64,000 nt of DNA, from NCBI GenBank assembly GCA_963665665.1, contig OY762428.1, positions 3,936,001 through 4,000,000 on the forward strand. The letters run 5' to 3'. The position numbers were made by a program, and so were the translations under genes. The notes under the pieces are model-generated. The model did not search any database. It saw nothing but the letters and a program-made list of their open reading frames with translations, and was not told where the DNA came from. Within the stretch, counting starts at the first letter, position 1, and each line of letters opens with the position of its first letter. Below are positions 39,723-51,478 of this stretch, piece after piece. This DNA comes from Candidatus Kapaibacterium sp. GTDB taxonomy: Bacteria; Bacteroidota; Ignavibacteria; Kapaibacteriales; UBA2268.

Positions 39723-41810
39723 ATGAAAAAAACTACTCCGTCTATGTTAGCAGCAAGGATATTGATATCTTTTTTTATATTTATTTACTTCTCAACAATC
39801 GCTTATTCTTATAATCCCTGGAAACCGATTTTTAATATGCCGTCAAGCAGGATGTTTCATGGTATGGCGGTATGTGGCAATGATGATAAAATACTTTTAT
39901 TCGGCGGAGTAAGCGATTATATTGGAGAAACTTATTACTGGTGTGGAAAAAATGATACCTGGATATATGATATATCCGAAGATAAATGGACTGAGTTATA
40001 CCCGGAAGAAAATCCTGAAGTTGGAAAGCAGGCTGGTAAAAGCGATTTATCTGATTTTAAGGCAACAGTTTGCGAGATATATACCGACCATGCAATTCTC
40101 GTTCATTCAAGTTCCTATACGAATACCTTTGAAACATGGATTTTCGATTTCGATGATGAATCATGGACAGAACTTGATCCGATTAACTCTCCTTCCCCTA
40201 CTTCAAACGGGAGGCTTGCTCAGATAAACAATGGTGAAATATTGATGGTAGGCCCCAATTCAATCAGTTACAGCAGCGGTTCGTTTACAACCGAAACCTG
40301 GATTTTCAGGGAAAGCCAGAATACATGGGTAGAACTCAATCCCGCTAATTCTCCCAAAATAACTTTTAATAGCTTCGACCTGGATTGGCTGGAGGACGAC
40401 AAGGTATTACTTTACAACCAGGAATTTATATCAGGAACATCAACTTCATATTTGTCAGAAACCTGGATTTATGACCTGAGCGATAACAATTGGACCAGGA
40501 TTGAACAGGACGCCACACCACATTTGAATAATGGTATTTTAATTTCAAATCTTGAAAGCGGAAGGATTCTTCTAACTGAATGTGAAGACGGTGAAAACTG
40601 CGAAACCCGAATTTTCAATTCATCGACTATGTCCTGGCAAACAATTAATTCCACATTTAATCCTTCAAGCAGGATTTATTCAGAAATCGTGACTAAATCA
40701 GGAATTTCTTATATATTCAGCGGTCTTCCAGGTGTTCCCGCATATACCAACCCTGATATTTTCAATAAATTCAATTCTACCACGAACCAGTGGAGCCAGA
40801 TAACAGGCCCGACAAAGCCGGAACCAAGAGTATATCATAAGATTTGCAATATTGGGCAGGATTACTTTTTGTTATTTTCCGGTATGAAAATAGGATATGA
40901 TATCTTTGATATGTATAATGACACATGGGTTTATTCAATACGTGATGAATCATGGAGGGAAATTAGCACAACAACAAGTCCTGAAGTTGATCTTTGGTAT
41001 TATGATGTTGCTTATGCAGGAGATGATAAAGCACTGCTATATGGATTAACAGCCGAAGCGAGCAGTTCTTTCCAAACCTGGATATTTGATCTAAGTGATG
41101 AAGAATGGACAAAACTTGACATTGCAGAACTTCCCGGTATAGATGAATTTGCAATGTCTTACTGCGGTAATGGTAAAATCCTGCTTTTTGGCGGAGATGA
41201 TTATGATACGGAAACTCCTCAGAATTTATGTTATATTTTTGATGTTAATACTTTGAGCTGGAGCGCTATTTCGCCGACCACGATACCTTCGGCAAGATCA
41301 AACCATGGAATGACCTACATCGGAAATAACAGGGTACTGCTTTACGGGGGCAGGCAAACACAAGCATTATTATTCAATGACACATGGATGTTCGATTCGA
41401 ATACAAATGAATGGACGAATATGAATCCATTGGTTTCTCCTCCTAATGATATTAGATATCGTGGTGAATTCTCTGCAATAAATGATGATATGGTAATACT
41501 TTACGGTGGATTAAATCAATCTACTGACTGTCATTATTCCAGGCGTTGTCTGTATGTTTATTCAATAAAAAGCAATCAATGGTTTTTGAGGGATTTTAAT
41601 CCCAAACCGCAGGGAAGAATTTTTGCGGATATGGCTTGGAACGGAGTAGATAAAACATTCACTTTCGGTGGTATGAGTTCATTCCTTAGTGATTACTGGA
41701 TATTTGACGCGTTTCATTTTGCAATTCCAACACTTCCGGAATGGGGATTGATTTTATTTTCGGGCTTACTTGTTGTTTTCACAGGATGGTTCATCTGGCG
41801 TAGGTTTTAA
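39723..41810 (+). CDS. Kelch-repeat surface protein with C-terminal IPTL-CTERM sorting signal
   Basis: Signal peptide; Kelch blades (LLFGG...NDTW.YD...W); C-terminus AIPTLPEWGLILFSGLLVVFTGWFIWRRF. Confidence 0.85.
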   Translation: MKKTTPSMLAARILISFFIFIYFSTIAYSYNPWKPIFNMPSSRMFHGMAVCGNDDKILLFGGVSDYIGETYYWCGKNDTWIYDISEDKWTELYPEENPEVGKQAGKSDLSDFKATVCEIYTDHAILVHSSSYTNTFETWIFDFDDESWTELDPINSPSPTSNGRLAQINNGEILMVGPNSISYSSGSFTTETWIFRESQNTWVELNPANSPKITFNSFDLDWLEDDKVLLYNQEFISGTSTSYLSETWIYDLSDNNWTRIEQDATPHLNNGILISNLESGRILLTECEDGENCETRIFNSSTMSWQTINSTFNPSSRIYSEIVTKSGISYIFSGLPGVPAYTNPDIFNKFNSTTNQWSQITGPTKPEPRVYHKICNIGQDYFLLFSGMKIGYDIFDMYNDTWVYSIRDESWREISTTTSPEVDLWYYDVAYAGDDKALLYGLTAEASSSFQTWIFDLSDEEWTKLDIAELPGIDEFAMSYCGNGKILLFGGDDYDTETPQNLCYIFDVNTLSWSAISPTTIPSARSNHGMTYIGNNRVLLYGGRQTQALLFNDTWMFDSNTNEWTNMNPLVSPPNDIRYRGEFSAINDDMVILYGGLNQSTDCHYSRRCLYVYSIKSNQWFLRDFNPKPQGRIFADMAWNGVDKTFTFGGMSSFLSDYWIFDAFHFAIPTLPEWGLILFSGLLVVFTGWFIWRRF

Positions 41811-42760
41811 TCAGAAGCGGACCTTTTCATCTGTTTGGATAGAGGTTCTGTTAATTTTGCTGGTTCCTTTGTTTTTTCCAGAAAATCAATATCCTTGCTG
41901 ATTTTCGTGGCAAGCCTGAGTACGGCATCCACATAAGCATCGCTGTTGTTATAATGAAATACCGCTTTCCGTCTTTGTTTGGGTGTGTCTCCCCATCCGT
42001 TAACTTTCAGGTAGTTAGCAACAGAATAAATTGCGTCTTTCATATCAAAAAGATTAATTTTCATGTCCCCGTTACCGTCCACAGCCCAGTTTATGTAGCT
42101 TGAAGGCAGAAATTGTGAAATACCAAAAGCGCCTGCCCATGATCCTTTCAATTCGTTAATAGGAATTGGTGAAACTTTATGCAGTTTAACAAGCGCCATC
42201 AATTCGCCTAAAGCCCAGTTTGCTTTTTTTTCCGATCTTGCAATAAGCTTCTTTTTCAATTCTTCGAGTTCTTTTTTTGAACCTTTGAATTTCTTTATCA
42301 GTTCAAGTTTATTTTTTAATAAATATTTTTTTTCATTGGCAAGCGCAGTGCTCAAAAATACTGATAATACATGATGCCTGCCAAGATAGTTGCCATGCCT
42401 GGTTTCAATCCATAAAACGGAGGCAATCACTTCTTTGGGAACGCCGAATTTTTTTTCTGCTGAATTTAATGTGCTAAGATTGTCTTCGAGAAAATTGGAT
42501 GTCTTTTTTACAGATTTACTGTTGTAATGTTTGGAATAATCGGCTTTTTTCAGGTAGCCGATTACATTTATTCTTACGAATTTTTCATTAAACTCAACAT
42601 TTTTCATGTTTATCATATCATAAACAAAAGCTGTATCAGCGCCTCGGGCAAGCATTTTATCTATTACGGGCTGAAAGACTTCTCTTCCTGATTTTAATTC
42701 TCTGGCATCAAGGCAATTGGTGAAAACAACAAAGACTAAGGCTGTTAAAAAAAATCTCAT
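41807..42760 (-). CDS. mltB: Lytic murein transglycosylase B family
   Basis: FGVPKEVIASVLWIETRHG, KGSWAGAFGISQFLPSSY, DGNGD, DAIYSVANYL...GW, YNNS..YV. Confidence 0.9.
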   Translation of the reverse strand: MRFFLTALVFVVFTNCLDARELKSGREVFQPVIDKMLARGADTAFVYDMINMKNVEFNEKFVRINVIGYLKKADYSKHYNSKSVKKTSNFLEDNLSTLNSAEKKFGVPKEVIASVLWIETRHGNYLGRHHVLSVFLSTALANEKKYLLKNKLELIKKFKGSKKELEELKKKLIARSEKKANWALGELMALVKLHKVSPIPINELKGSWAGAFGISQFLPSSYINWAVDGNGDMKINLFDMKDAIYSVANYLKVNGWGDTPKQRRKAVFHYNNSDAYVDAVLRLATKISKDIDFLEKTKEPAKLTEPLSKQMKRSASD

Positions 42761-43026
42761 AATAATTTTCCTGTTCTTTCTTCTTTATGCTGACGATAAA
42801 GATAAAAATAAAATGGCAATTGAGCAAAGGAATAATCAATATCAAACAACACGACAATACAAATATCCGAATAGTCTTGTTTTTATTTATTCTTTTAGCA
42901 ACGGCTAATATTTCTTGTAATATATAGTAATACTGATTAAATTTGTATTCTCATAAAACTGATAACTTATTTGTTTAAGTATTATTAACATTATAAACCA
43001 CATTTTAACAAAATTTGGAGCGCTCC

Positions 43027-45813
43027 ATGGGAAAAACTAAGAAGAAAGATGCCAAATACGTATATTATTTTGGCGGTGGAAAAGCTGACGGTAAGGCAGA
43101 AATGAAAAACTTGCTTGGTGGTAAAGGCGCCAACCTTGCAGAAATGGTTAATCTCGGTTTGCCGGTGCCTCCCGGTTTTACTATCACTACAGAAGTTTGT
43201 ACATATTACTACGACAACGGCGAAAATTATCCAAAATCTCTCAATGCAGAAGTTGACAAAGAACTTGCAAAACTTGAGAAAGAAATGGGTAAGAAATTTG
43301 GCGATGCCAATGATCCTCTTCTTGTTTCAGTTCGTTCAGGTGCTCGTGCTTCTATGCCCGGCATGATGGATACTGTTCTTAACCTTGGCCTTAACGATGT
43401 TACAATCAAGGGCTTAATTGAAAAATCAGGCAACGAACGCTTTGCTTATGATGCATACCGCCGCTTCGTTTCAATGTATGGCGACGTTGTACTGGATATG
43501 AAACCTCAGACAAAAGATGATATCGATCCCTTCGAAGAAATTCTTGAAAAGAAAAAAGAAGCAAGGGGCGTTAAACTTGACATAGAACTGACTGTTGACG
43601 ACCTTAAAGAACTCGTTGTTGAGTTTAAAAAAGCTATTAAAGATATTAAAGGAATTGACTTTCCTGAAGAACCGAAAGACCAGCTTTGGGGAGCCATCAG
43701 CGCTGTATTCGGATCATGGAACAATAACCGTGCTATCATCTATCGCAAACTAAACAACATTCCTGGTGACTGGGGAACAGCTGTAAACGTTCAGACTATG
43801 GTATTTGGTAACATGGGCGAAGATTCAGGAACAGGTGTTGCATTTACACGCGATGCAGCTAATGGCGATGATATTTTCTACGGTGAATTCCTTATGAATG
43901 CACAGGGCGAAGACGTTGTAGCAGGTACTCGCACGCCGCTGTCAATCGACCAGCTTGAAGAAAAAGATCCCGATTCTTATGGCAAGCTTATTAAGATTCG
44001 TGAAACTCTTGAACAGCACTACACAGATATGATGGACATCGAGTTTACAATTCAGGATGGTAAACTCTTCATGCTCCAGTGCCGCGTTGGTAAGAGAACT
44101 GCAATGGCAGCTATGAAAATTGCCGTTGATATGGTTAAAGAAAAACTTATCAAACCAAAAGAAGCTCTTTCAAGAATCGAACCTGAACAGCTTAACCAGC
44201 TTCTTCGTCCGGTATTTGACCTTGAAGAAAAACAGAAATCACTTGACAATGGCAAACTTCTTGCCAAAGGCCTAAACGCAGGCCCCGGTGCAGCAACAGG
44301 TAAAGTTGTATTCAATGCCGAGGATGCTGAAGATTGGGCAAAGAGAGGCGAGAAAGTTATCCTTGTAAGGATTGAAACTTCTCCTGAAGATATTGGCGGA
44401 ATGAATGCAGCCGAAGGTATCCTTACTGCTCGCGGCGGTATGACTTCACATGCTGCACTTGTTGCACGCCAGATGGGTAAAGTTTGTGTTGCTGGTTGCG
44501 AACAGCTTATCATCGACTATAAATCAAGAACTATCAGGGTTGATGGTTCTGATAATGTTGTAAAAGAAGGCGATTATATTTCAATCGACGGTTCAACCGG
44601 TGAAGTTATCGAAGGTAACATCCCGACAAAACCGAGCGAAGTTGTTTCTGTTCTTATCGACAAGACACTTGACCCGAAAGACGCGCCTACATTCAAGATC
44701 TATAACCAGATTATGAAATGGGCCGACAAATACCGTACAATGAATATCCGTACAAATGCCGACCAGCCGGACCAGAGCAGCAATGCTGTTGCATTTGGTG
44801 CTGAAGGTATTGGTCTTTGCCGTACAGAGCACATGTTCTTTGGTGAAGGTAAAATTGGCCCCATGCGCGAAATGATCCTTGCGAAAAACGTTGAAGGCCG
44901 CAAAGAAGCTCTCGCAAAACTTCTTCCTCTTCAGAGAGAAGATTTTGAAGGTATCTTCAAAGCTATGGACGGACGTCCGGTAACTATTCGTACAATCGAT
45001 CCTCCTCTGCACGAATTCCTTCCGCATGATGAAGCCGGCCAGGCAGAACTTGCAAAAGAAATGGGCATTTCAGCAGAAGCAGTAAAAGAAAGAGTTGAAG
45101 CACTTCACGAATTCAACCCGATGCTTGGTTTCCGTGGCTGCCGCCTTGGCACGATGTACCCGGAAATTACAGAAATGCAGGCTCGCGCTATCTTCGAAGC
45201 CACAGTTAACGTTATTAAAGGCGGACAGAAGGTTCTTCCTGAAATAATGATACCGCTCGTTGGTAATGTTAAAGAACTTGACGGCCAGGAAAAAGTTGTT
45301 CGTCAGGCTGCAAAAGATGTAATGAAAGAAACAGGAACAGAATTCGAATACCTGGTTGGTACAATGATCGAAGTTCCTCGTGGCGCTATCACAGCTCGCG
45401 AAATCGCAGAAACAGCAGAATTCTTCTCATTCGGTACAAACGACCTTACACAGACTACTCTCGGCGTTAGCCGTGACGATGCAGGCCGTTTCCTTCCGAT
45501 GTATGTTGATAAAGACTTCTACAAAGTTGATCCTTTCGTAGCTATCGACCAGACTGGTGTTGGCTTCCTTATGGAACACGCAGTAAAAGAAGGCCGTAAA
45601 GCACGTAAGAAAATCAAACTTGGTATCTGCGGCGAGCACGGCGGCGAACCTTCATCAGTTGAATTCTGCCATAACCTTGGCCTCAACTATGTATCATGTT
45701 CACCATTCCGCGTTCCGATAGCACGCCTTGCAGCAGCTCGTGCAGCTATCAATGAAAAAGACGCGAAAAAAGCTAAAAAAGCAGCCAAGAAAGCAAAAAA
45801 AGGAAAAAAATAA
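43027..45813 (+). CDS. ppdK: Pyruvate, phosphate dikinase
   Basis: [51 protein letters not shown]. Confidence 0.98.
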   Translation: MGKTKKKDAKYVYYFGGGKADGKAEMKNLLGGKGANLAEMVNLGLPVPPGFTITTEVCTYYYDNGENYPKSLNAEVDKELAKLEKEMGKKFGDANDPLLVSVRSGARASMPGMMDTVLNLGLNDVTIKGLIEKSGNERFAYDAYRRFVSMYGDVVLDMKPQTKDDIDPFEEILEKKKEARGVKLDIELTVDDLKELVVEFKKAIKDIKGIDFPEEPKDQLWGAISAVFGSWNNNRAIIYRKLNNIPGDWGTAVNVQTMVFGNMGEDSGTGVAFTRDAANGDDIFYGEFLMNAQGEDVVAGTRTPLSIDQLEEKDPDSYGKLIKIRETLEQHYTDMMDIEFTIQDGKLFMLQCRVGKRTAMAAMKIAVDMVKEKLIKPKEALSRIEPEQLNQLLRPVFDLEEKQKSLDNGKLLAKGLNAGPGAATGKVVFNAEDAEDWAKRGEKVILVRIETSPEDIGGMNAAEGILTARGGMTSHAALVARQMGKVCVAGCEQLIIDYKSRTIRVDGSDNVVKEGDYISIDGSTGEVIEGNIPTKPSEVVSVLIDKTLDPKDAPTFKIYNQIMKWADKYRTMNIRTNADQPDQSSNAVAFGAEGIGLCRTEHMFFGEGKIGPMREMILAKNVEGRKEALAKLLPLQREDFEGIFKAMDGRPVTIRTIDPPLHEFLPHDEAGQAELAKEMGISAEAVKERVEALHEFNPMLGFRGCRLGTMYPEITEMQARAIFEATVNVIKGGQKVLPEIMIPLVGNVKELDGQEKVVRQAAKDVMKETGTEFEYLVGTMIEVPRGAITAREIAETAEFFSFGTNDLTQTTLGVSRDDAGRFLPMYVDKDFYKVDPFVAIDQTGVGFLMEHAVKEGRKARKKIKLGICGEHGGEPSSVEFCHNLGLNYVSCSPFRVPIARLAAARAAINEKDAKKAKKAAKKAKKGKK

Positions 45814-45843
45814 TCTGAAAATTTAGATTAAGTTTTTTATCTT

Positions 45844-45880
45844 AGCCCCGGAGTAAATCACTATTCCGGGGTTTATATTT
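45844..45880 (+). terminator. Terminator after ppdK
   Basis: CCCCGGAGTA...TATTCCGGGG with T-rich tail. Confidence 0.7.
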
Positions 45881-45961
45881 TATATTATAACAATATAAAT
45901 ATTATTATTCCCCATTCGTGATAGTTAGTAACTTACCTTGAGAGTTGTTTTTTAATAGCGG

Positions 45962-47596
45962 TTGAAATTGGACAATGATTTAAATAAAAAAACACTACAC
46001 GATGAATTCGATAATATTAATTTCGAATTTACATCAGTAGTGGATGGTTTATCCAGATCAAGAATCAAGAGTTTCATGAAAATGATGCCGGGGAATTCAT
46101 TCTTCTGTAGTTTTTCTGAATCAGGAAATGTTCTATTTTATAGCCCTTCTGTATCGAAAATGATAAACGGCGAGGAAGAACTACTTTTTAAAACTATTTT
46201 TAAAAATATCCGATCTAATGAAAACTCAAAAGACAAAACTAAAACAATAAACAATATCAATAAATTTGAATTTGAGGTTATTCCTGAAAATGATAAAAGG
46301 ACCTTTGAATTATCTTATTCACCATATATTGATTCTTCCGGTAATAAATACTTTGATTGTTATGGCAGAGATATAAGTAAACTCCGTGATGCTGAAACTG
46401 AACTGATGGACAGCCGTGAGCGCTATCGTTCGGTTGTAATGCAAAGTGCCGAAAATATTTATATCATGGATATGGATACTAAAAAAGTTGTAAAATCAAA
46501 TCCGACACTTCAGAAACTGATCGGCTATACAGAGGAAGAACTCCTTAACATGACAGTTTTTGATTTTATTGCCCATGATGATGTGAACGAGAAAATTGAA
46601 CATGTTGTGCGTGAAGGTAAAATTAATCTGGCTGAAAGACAATATAGAACGAAGGATAACAGAATTATTGATGTGGAAGTTAGCAGCGCCCATATAAATT
46701 ATGGCGGGAAAAAAGCCCTTCTGGTTGTTTCACGTGATATTACTATCAGGAAAAGCCATGAAAAGCAAATACTGGAAATGAATACTATTCTTGACGAAAG
46801 GGTTAAAGAAAGAACTGCTGAACTTGAAAAGGAAATTCATATCAGGAAAAAAGCAGAACAGGAACTTCTTGATACTCAAAAAGGCCTGGCTAAAGCCCTG
46901 CAAAAAGAAAAAATGCTGAATGATATGAAATCAAAATTTATAACAATGATTTCCCATGAATACCGTACACCTCTAACGGTAATCATGACTTCATCCTACC
47001 TTGTAGAAAGATATCTGTTGCCTGATTCCGGAGATAAACCAATGTCTCATCTGGATAAAATCCGGAAATCCGTAAATATGATGGTTCAAATGCTCGAAAA
47101 TGTCCTGAATATTGGCAGAAGTGAAAGCGGAGAAATTGATTTCATGCCTGAGAAAATTGATATTTCTCAATTAATTGATGATATTATCACAGAAACAAGA
47201 GCAGTTATCAGTAAAACAATTGATTATAATTTATCTATCAAACTTAAAAGTAATACAATAATCACTGATAAAAATTTACTTCGCCAAATTCTGTCTAATA
47301 TTATTCTTAATGCCGCAAAATTCTCTCCCAATGATTCCAGAGTGATTATTGACATTTCTGAAACTAAGGATATGGTTAAGACAATTGTAAAAAACAAGGG
47401 CTTGCCAATCTCCGAAGAAGATCAGGAAAAAATATTCGAACCGTTTTATCGCGGACATAATGTTGGCAATATTTCCGGTACAGGCTTGGGCTTAGCTCTT
47501 GTTAAGGTTTGTGTTGATATTCTCAAGGGCACCATCAATTTCAGTTCTACTAAAGATAAGGGAACAATATTTGAAATTTCCATTCCGAAAGAGTAA
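45962..47596 (+). CDS. PAS domain sensor histidine kinase
   Basis: PAS domain; H-box SHEYRTPLT; N-box NAAKFS; GTGLGL. Confidence 0.93.
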   Translation: MKLDNDLNKKTLHDEFDNINFEFTSVVDGLSRSRIKSFMKMMPGNSFFCSFSESGNVLFYSPSVSKMINGEEELLFKTIFKNIRSNENSKDKTKTINNINKFEFEVIPENDKRTFELSYSPYIDSSGNKYFDCYGRDISKLRDAETELMDSRERYRSVVMQSAENIYIMDMDTKKVVKSNPTLQKLIGYTEEELLNMTVFDFIAHDDVNEKIEHVVREGKINLAERQYRTKDNRIIDVEVSSAHINYGGKKALLVVSRDITIRKSHEKQILEMNTILDERVKERTAELEKEIHIRKKAEQELLDTQKGLAKALQKEKMLNDMKSKFITMISHEYRTPLTVIMTSSYLVERYLLPDSGDKPMSHLDKIRKSVNMMVQMLENVLNIGRSESGEIDFMPEKIDISQLIDDIITETRAVISKTIDYNLSIKLKSNTIITDKNLLRQILSNIILNAAKFSPNDSRVIIDISETKDMVKTIVKNKGLPISEEDQEKIFEPFYRGHNVGNISGTGLGLALVKVCVDILKGTINFSSTKDKGTIFEISIPKE

Positions 47597-47701
47597 TCAC
47601 TCCAATATCATTTTTTCCTGATTCCTACCTAAACTTTTCTTAATTTTGAAGATAATTAATTTGGCATTAGTATAATTATATAGATCAGGTGCATATTCGT
47701 T

Positions 47702-48625
47702 ATGGCAAACAAAGAATTCGACAAAGAAGAATTAAAAAAATTGTTTCAATTGCGTGACCGCGTTGTAAGAGTGATGGACAAAGAAGGCAAATTCCGTATT
47801 TCGGCAGTTAAGAATAGTACCGCTGCCAGAACTGCACAGATAAATCACAAATTATCATACCTGCCTGCCTTTTTCCTCGCTCGTCAGTTATCAGCGGCTT
47901 CACTCATTGCTTCATTCCTTAAGGGTGAAGAAAGAATTGCAGTCAGTGCTGACGGTGACGGCCCAATCAGGAAAGTTTTTGCAGAGGCCATCCAGGTAGG
48001 AGAGGTACGCGGGTACGTGGAATTCAACCATGAAAAGAAAGATGTTGAACTGACTCAGCTATCGGATGCATTAGGAAATGGAACTTATTCGGTTACAAGA
48101 ATTTTATACAATAAAAATGAACCTGTAACCGGTATTGTTGAATTGCAAAACGGTGATATTGCCACCGACCTTGCTTCTTACTTTTCGCAATCCGAACAAA
48201 TACCCACGGCAGTAGTACTGGATGCAGACATTGGCGAAGACGGTATAATTAAACACTCAGGCGGTATTATTGTTCAGGCTATGCCCGGAGCCAGCGACGA
48301 AGACCTGGAAAAAGTTTTTGAATCGCTCCAGGGAGCTTCCAGGATGAATGAATTTTTTGAAAAAGAATATACACCGCTGGGTATATTGAAAGAACTGCTG
48401 CCGTTTGAAGTTGAAACCGTTCGAAGTGCTCAGCTTGATTTCTTCTGCCGTTGTTCTAAGGATGCCTTTGTTGATAAACTTGTTACCCTTGGAATTGATG
48501 AAGTAAAAGATATGAGGAAAGCCGGCAACAATGAACTTCATTGTCAGTTCTGCAATGCAAAATATATTCTGGAAGATGAAGATTTCGATAAAATTGAAAC
48601 TGAACTTAAAGCAAATAAAAATTGA
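47702..48625 (+). CDS. hslO: Hsp33 redox-regulated chaperone
   Basis: YFSQSEQIPT, GGIIVQAMPG, CRCS...CQFC zinc motif. Confidence 0.95.
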   Translation: MANKEFDKEELKKLFQLRDRVVRVMDKEGKFRISAVKNSTAARTAQINHKLSYLPAFFLARQLSAASLIASFLKGEERIAVSADGDGPIRKVFAEAIQVGEVRGYVEFNHEKKDVELTQLSDALGNGTYSVTRILYNKNEPVTGIVELQNGDIATDLASYFSQSEQIPTAVVLDADIGEDGIIKHSGGIIVQAMPGASDEDLEKVFESLQGASRMNEFFEKEYTPLGILKELLPFEVETVRSAQLDFFCRCSKDAFVDKLVTLGIDEVKDMRKAGNNELHCQFCNAKYILEDEDFDKIETELKANKN

Positions 48626-48647
48626 TACTTTCGTACCGGATGATTAA

Positions 48648-49220
48648 ATGGCGACAAATATATTTATTAAACTGAAACCGTTACAGCTTTTTATATACCT
48701 TTTCAGCATCCCTACCGTGATGATAATTCATGCCCTGTTTTTCTTTTCGGCAGAAGGGCAAAATTATCATATAATCACGCAAATGACCTTGCTGAATATT
48801 TTTATGGTTGTTTATGGATTCTGGTTTTTTGAAGTCTGCGGAAAAATGGATATGAAGTCCGCCGGCCCGGGACTTTCAAAATTCCTTGGTATTAACTTTA
48901 TTGTATTGGTTACTTATACCATAATTATGAATTATCTTGTTTACAGGCACTTTCTGATATCGCCGGATGAACTGTCAGCGACAGATATTGAGTTCTTTAA
49001 TACTTTAACGCCAATAATGGCTGTGGCTCAGATTTATTCCACATCACTTTACCTTATAACAATTTACCTCCTATCCAAGTCGATTATTATCCGTGAAAAC
49101 GGAAGTTTTAACGGATTCAGAGATACCTTGGGCCTGATGATATTGTTCATTGTATCACCAATAGGAATTTGGTTCATCCAGCCACGATTGCAAAGATTGC
49201 AGGCAGAAAGAAAAATGTAG
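48648..49220 (+). CDS. Hypothetical integral membrane protein
   Basis: Several TM helices; C-terminal PIGIWFIQPRL. Confidence 0.75.
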   Translation: MATNIFIKLKPLQLFIYLFSIPTVMIIHALFFFSAEGQNYHIITQMTLLNIFMVVYGFWFFEVCGKMDMKSAGPGLSKFLGINFIVLVTYTIIMNYLVYRHFLISPDELSATDIEFFNTLTPIMAVAQIYSTSLYLITIYLLSKSIIIRENGSFNGFRDTLGLMILFIVSPIGIWFIQPRLQRLQAERKM

Positions 49221-49288
49221 ATTAATCCAAACAATTTCAGTAAATTAACGTTTATTATCAAAATATTTGTTTATCATTATTAGTTGTT

Positions 49289-49516
49289 ATGATATCAAGA
49301 TCTGAAATAGAACCATTTCTGATAGATAAGATAAAATCTTTACCGGATTATATCTTATATGAGTTAATGGAAGTTATTGCCAATTATCCGGAAAAGTCTG
49401 CTATTGAAAGAATAAACAGAAATGATATTCTTAAATTTGCAGGTTGCTGGAAAGATTTTGAAGAATTTGAAGAATTTACTCAGGATATAAAACAGAGACA
49501 TCAGGAAACCACATAA
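49289..49516 (+). CDS. Small antitoxin-like protein without a toxin partner
   Basis: IKSLPD...ILKFAGCWKD..EFEEF pattern resembles antitoxins usually paired with PIN toxins. Confidence 0.5.
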   Translation: MISRSEIEPFLIDKIKSLPDYILYELMEVIANYPEKSAIERINRNDILKFAGCWKDFEEFEEFTQDIKQRHQETT

Positions 49517-49630
49517 TTTTGAAGTCGCAGCTATTGATTATTCCAATTAAGTTTTCGACCCCTCCACTATTGGGGTAGGGCTTTGAAGATGAACAAGGCA
49601 GCAATGACTTCAAACATTTGTACTTTACTT

Positions 49631-49707
49631 CTGACCCCTCCCAAACCCTCCCCGAAGGGGAGGGCTTTGAAGTAAGCCCCTCCTTCGGAGGGGTTTGGGG
49701 AGGTCAG
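49631..49707. repeat. Inverted pair of REP-like elements (nested hairpins)
   Basis: CTGACCCCTCCCAAACCCTCCCC-GAA-GGGGAGGGCTT...AAGCCCCTCC-TTC-GGAGGGGTTTGGGGAGGTCAG. Confidence 0.8.
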
Positions 49708-49864
49708 TCATGATAATAATTAACGGTTAAGATATATTGATATGACAAAAATCATTAATATTTACAACATAATAAATTACTACCTTGCCCTTATAAATCG
49801 TTGATTTTTTGTTCCGGGGTAAGGATTTCTGAAACTAAGAAGAAAGAATTGAAACAATTCAATC

Positions 49865-49903
49865 AAAAAAATGTCCGGGAAAAATTTCACCGGACATTTT
49901 TTT
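49865..49903 (-). terminator. Terminator of purH (bidirectional type)
   Basis: AAAAAAATGTCCGG...CCGGACATTTTTTT. Confidence 0.85.
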
Positions 49904-49927
49904 GATATACTAAAAATCAATTAACAA

Positions 49928-51478
49928 TTAGTGCCTGAAATGTCTCTGCCCTGTAAATACCATTGCCACATTGTTTTCATCGGCAGCTTTTATCACTTCC
50001 TCATCCCTGATAGATCCGCCGGGCTGGATAACGCAGGTTGCTCCTGCTTTAACAGCTTCAACAACACCGTCAGCAAATGGGAAGAATGCATCCGAAGCCA
50101 TGGCCGAACCTGCAAGGTCAAGGCCCATAAGCTTGGATTTTTCAACAGCGATTCTTGACGAATCCACCCTCGACATCTGGCCGGCGCCAATTGCAAGTGT
50201 CCTATCCGGGCCTGTATAAACAATGGCATTTGATTTCACGTGCTTAACTATTTTCCAGCCGAACTCCAAAGCATCCCATTCTTCTTCAGTTGGCTGACGT
50301 TTGGTAACAACCTTCATATCCTGCCTGGGAACTACTTTTGTATCAGAATTCTGCATCAGGAATCCGCCGGCAACCGATCTGACTTCCGTTTTCAGCGATT
50401 TCCTTAATTTAACGAAATCGGCAACAATCAGACGTCTGTTTTTCTTTTTAGTAAGCAATTCCAAAGCGTTATCCGTGAATGACGGAGCGATAAGAACTTC
50501 TGCAAATATATCATGAACAGTTTCGGCCATTTCCAGGTTGCATGGCCTGTTCATAACAAATATACCGCCATAAGGAGATACAGTATCGGTTGCAAAGGCT
50601 TTCTTGTATGCATCCTGAAGATTGTCTGCAACGCCCACGCCACAGGGATTTGTGTGCTTAACAAGGGCTACGGTTGGTTTGTCGAAATCAAGAATTACCC
50701 TTGAAGCGCCATCAATATCAATTATATTGTTATAAGAGAGTTCCTTACCGTGGAGCTGTTTGAATATCCTGCCGTAATTGCCATAGAGGGCAGCATTCTG
50801 ATGCGGGTTCTCGCCATAGCGCAGCATCTGGAACACGCGCAGTGGAATGGTTGTTTTCTCAGGCATTTCACGGCTCGTACTGTCACGGAAGTAATCAGCA
50901 ATAAGGCTGTCGTAATAGGCAGTATGTGCAAATACTTTGCCGGCAAGTTCTTTTCTTGTCTCTTCGGGAACTGTGCGGCATCCGCCTTCCATAACGGTGT
51001 AAATCATTTCATAATCATCAGGATCTACGATAGGAAGAGTCCATTTATAATTCTTTGCAGCAGAACGAAGCATTGTAGGGCCGCCTATATCGATATTTTC
51101 TATCAGTTCGTCATGTCCGGCATTTCTTTTCAAAGCTTGTTCGAACGGATAAAGATTAACAACCAGCATATCTATCGATGCCAGTTCATGTTCTTTTAAT
51201 TGTTTGATGTGTTCATCCTTGCCAAGATCTGCAAGAAGACCGCCATGTACAGCCGGATGGAGAGTTTTCACCCGTCCGTTTAAAATTTCAGGGAACTTGG
51301 TTAGTTCGCTAACTGATTTAACCGGAACGCCTGCTTCGGCAAGTTTGGCTTTTGTTCCGCCGGTGGAGAAAATTTCCACTCCAAGCTGGTTAATTTTTCT
51401 GGCAAATTCAACAATTCCGCGTTTATCTGAAACGGAAATCAACGCACGTTGGATTTTTAAAGTGTCGGGTGTGTTCAT
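49928..51478 (-). CDS. purH: Bifunctional AICAR formyltransferase / IMP cyclohydrolase
   Basis: ALISVSDK, GRVKTLHP, LRYGENPHQ, KHTNPCG, SDAFFPF, RHFRH. Confidence 0.98.
   Translation of the reverse strand: MNTPDTLKIQRALISVSDKRGIVEFARKINQLGVEIFSTGGTKAKLAEAGVPVKSVSELTKFPEILNGRVKTLHPAVHGGLLADLGKDEHIKQLKEHELASIDMLVVNLYPFEQALKRNAGHDELIENIDIGGPTMLRSAAKNYKWTLPIVDPDDYEMIYTVMEGGCRTVPEETRKELAGKVFAHTAYYDSLIADYFRDSTSREMPEKTTIPLRVFQMLRYGENPHQNAALYGNYGRIFKQLHGKELSYNNIIDIDGASRVILDFDKPTVALVKHTNPCGVGVADNLQDAYKKAFATDTVSPYGGIFVMNRPCNLEMAETVHDIFAEVLIAPSFTDNALELLTKKKNRRLIVADFVKLRKSLKTEVRSVAGGFLMQNSDTKVVPRQDMKVVTKRQPTEEEWDALEFGWKIVKHVKSNAIVYTGPDRTLAIGAGQMSRVDSSRIAVEKSKLMGLDLAGSAMASDAFFPFADGVVEAVKAGATCVIQPGGSIRDEEVIKAADENNVAMVFTGQRHFRH

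Noticed and set aside
45750-45813. Lys/Ala-rich tail of PpdK as a separate histone-like module
   Set aside because: Only about 20 residues; such tails are common and there is no further support.
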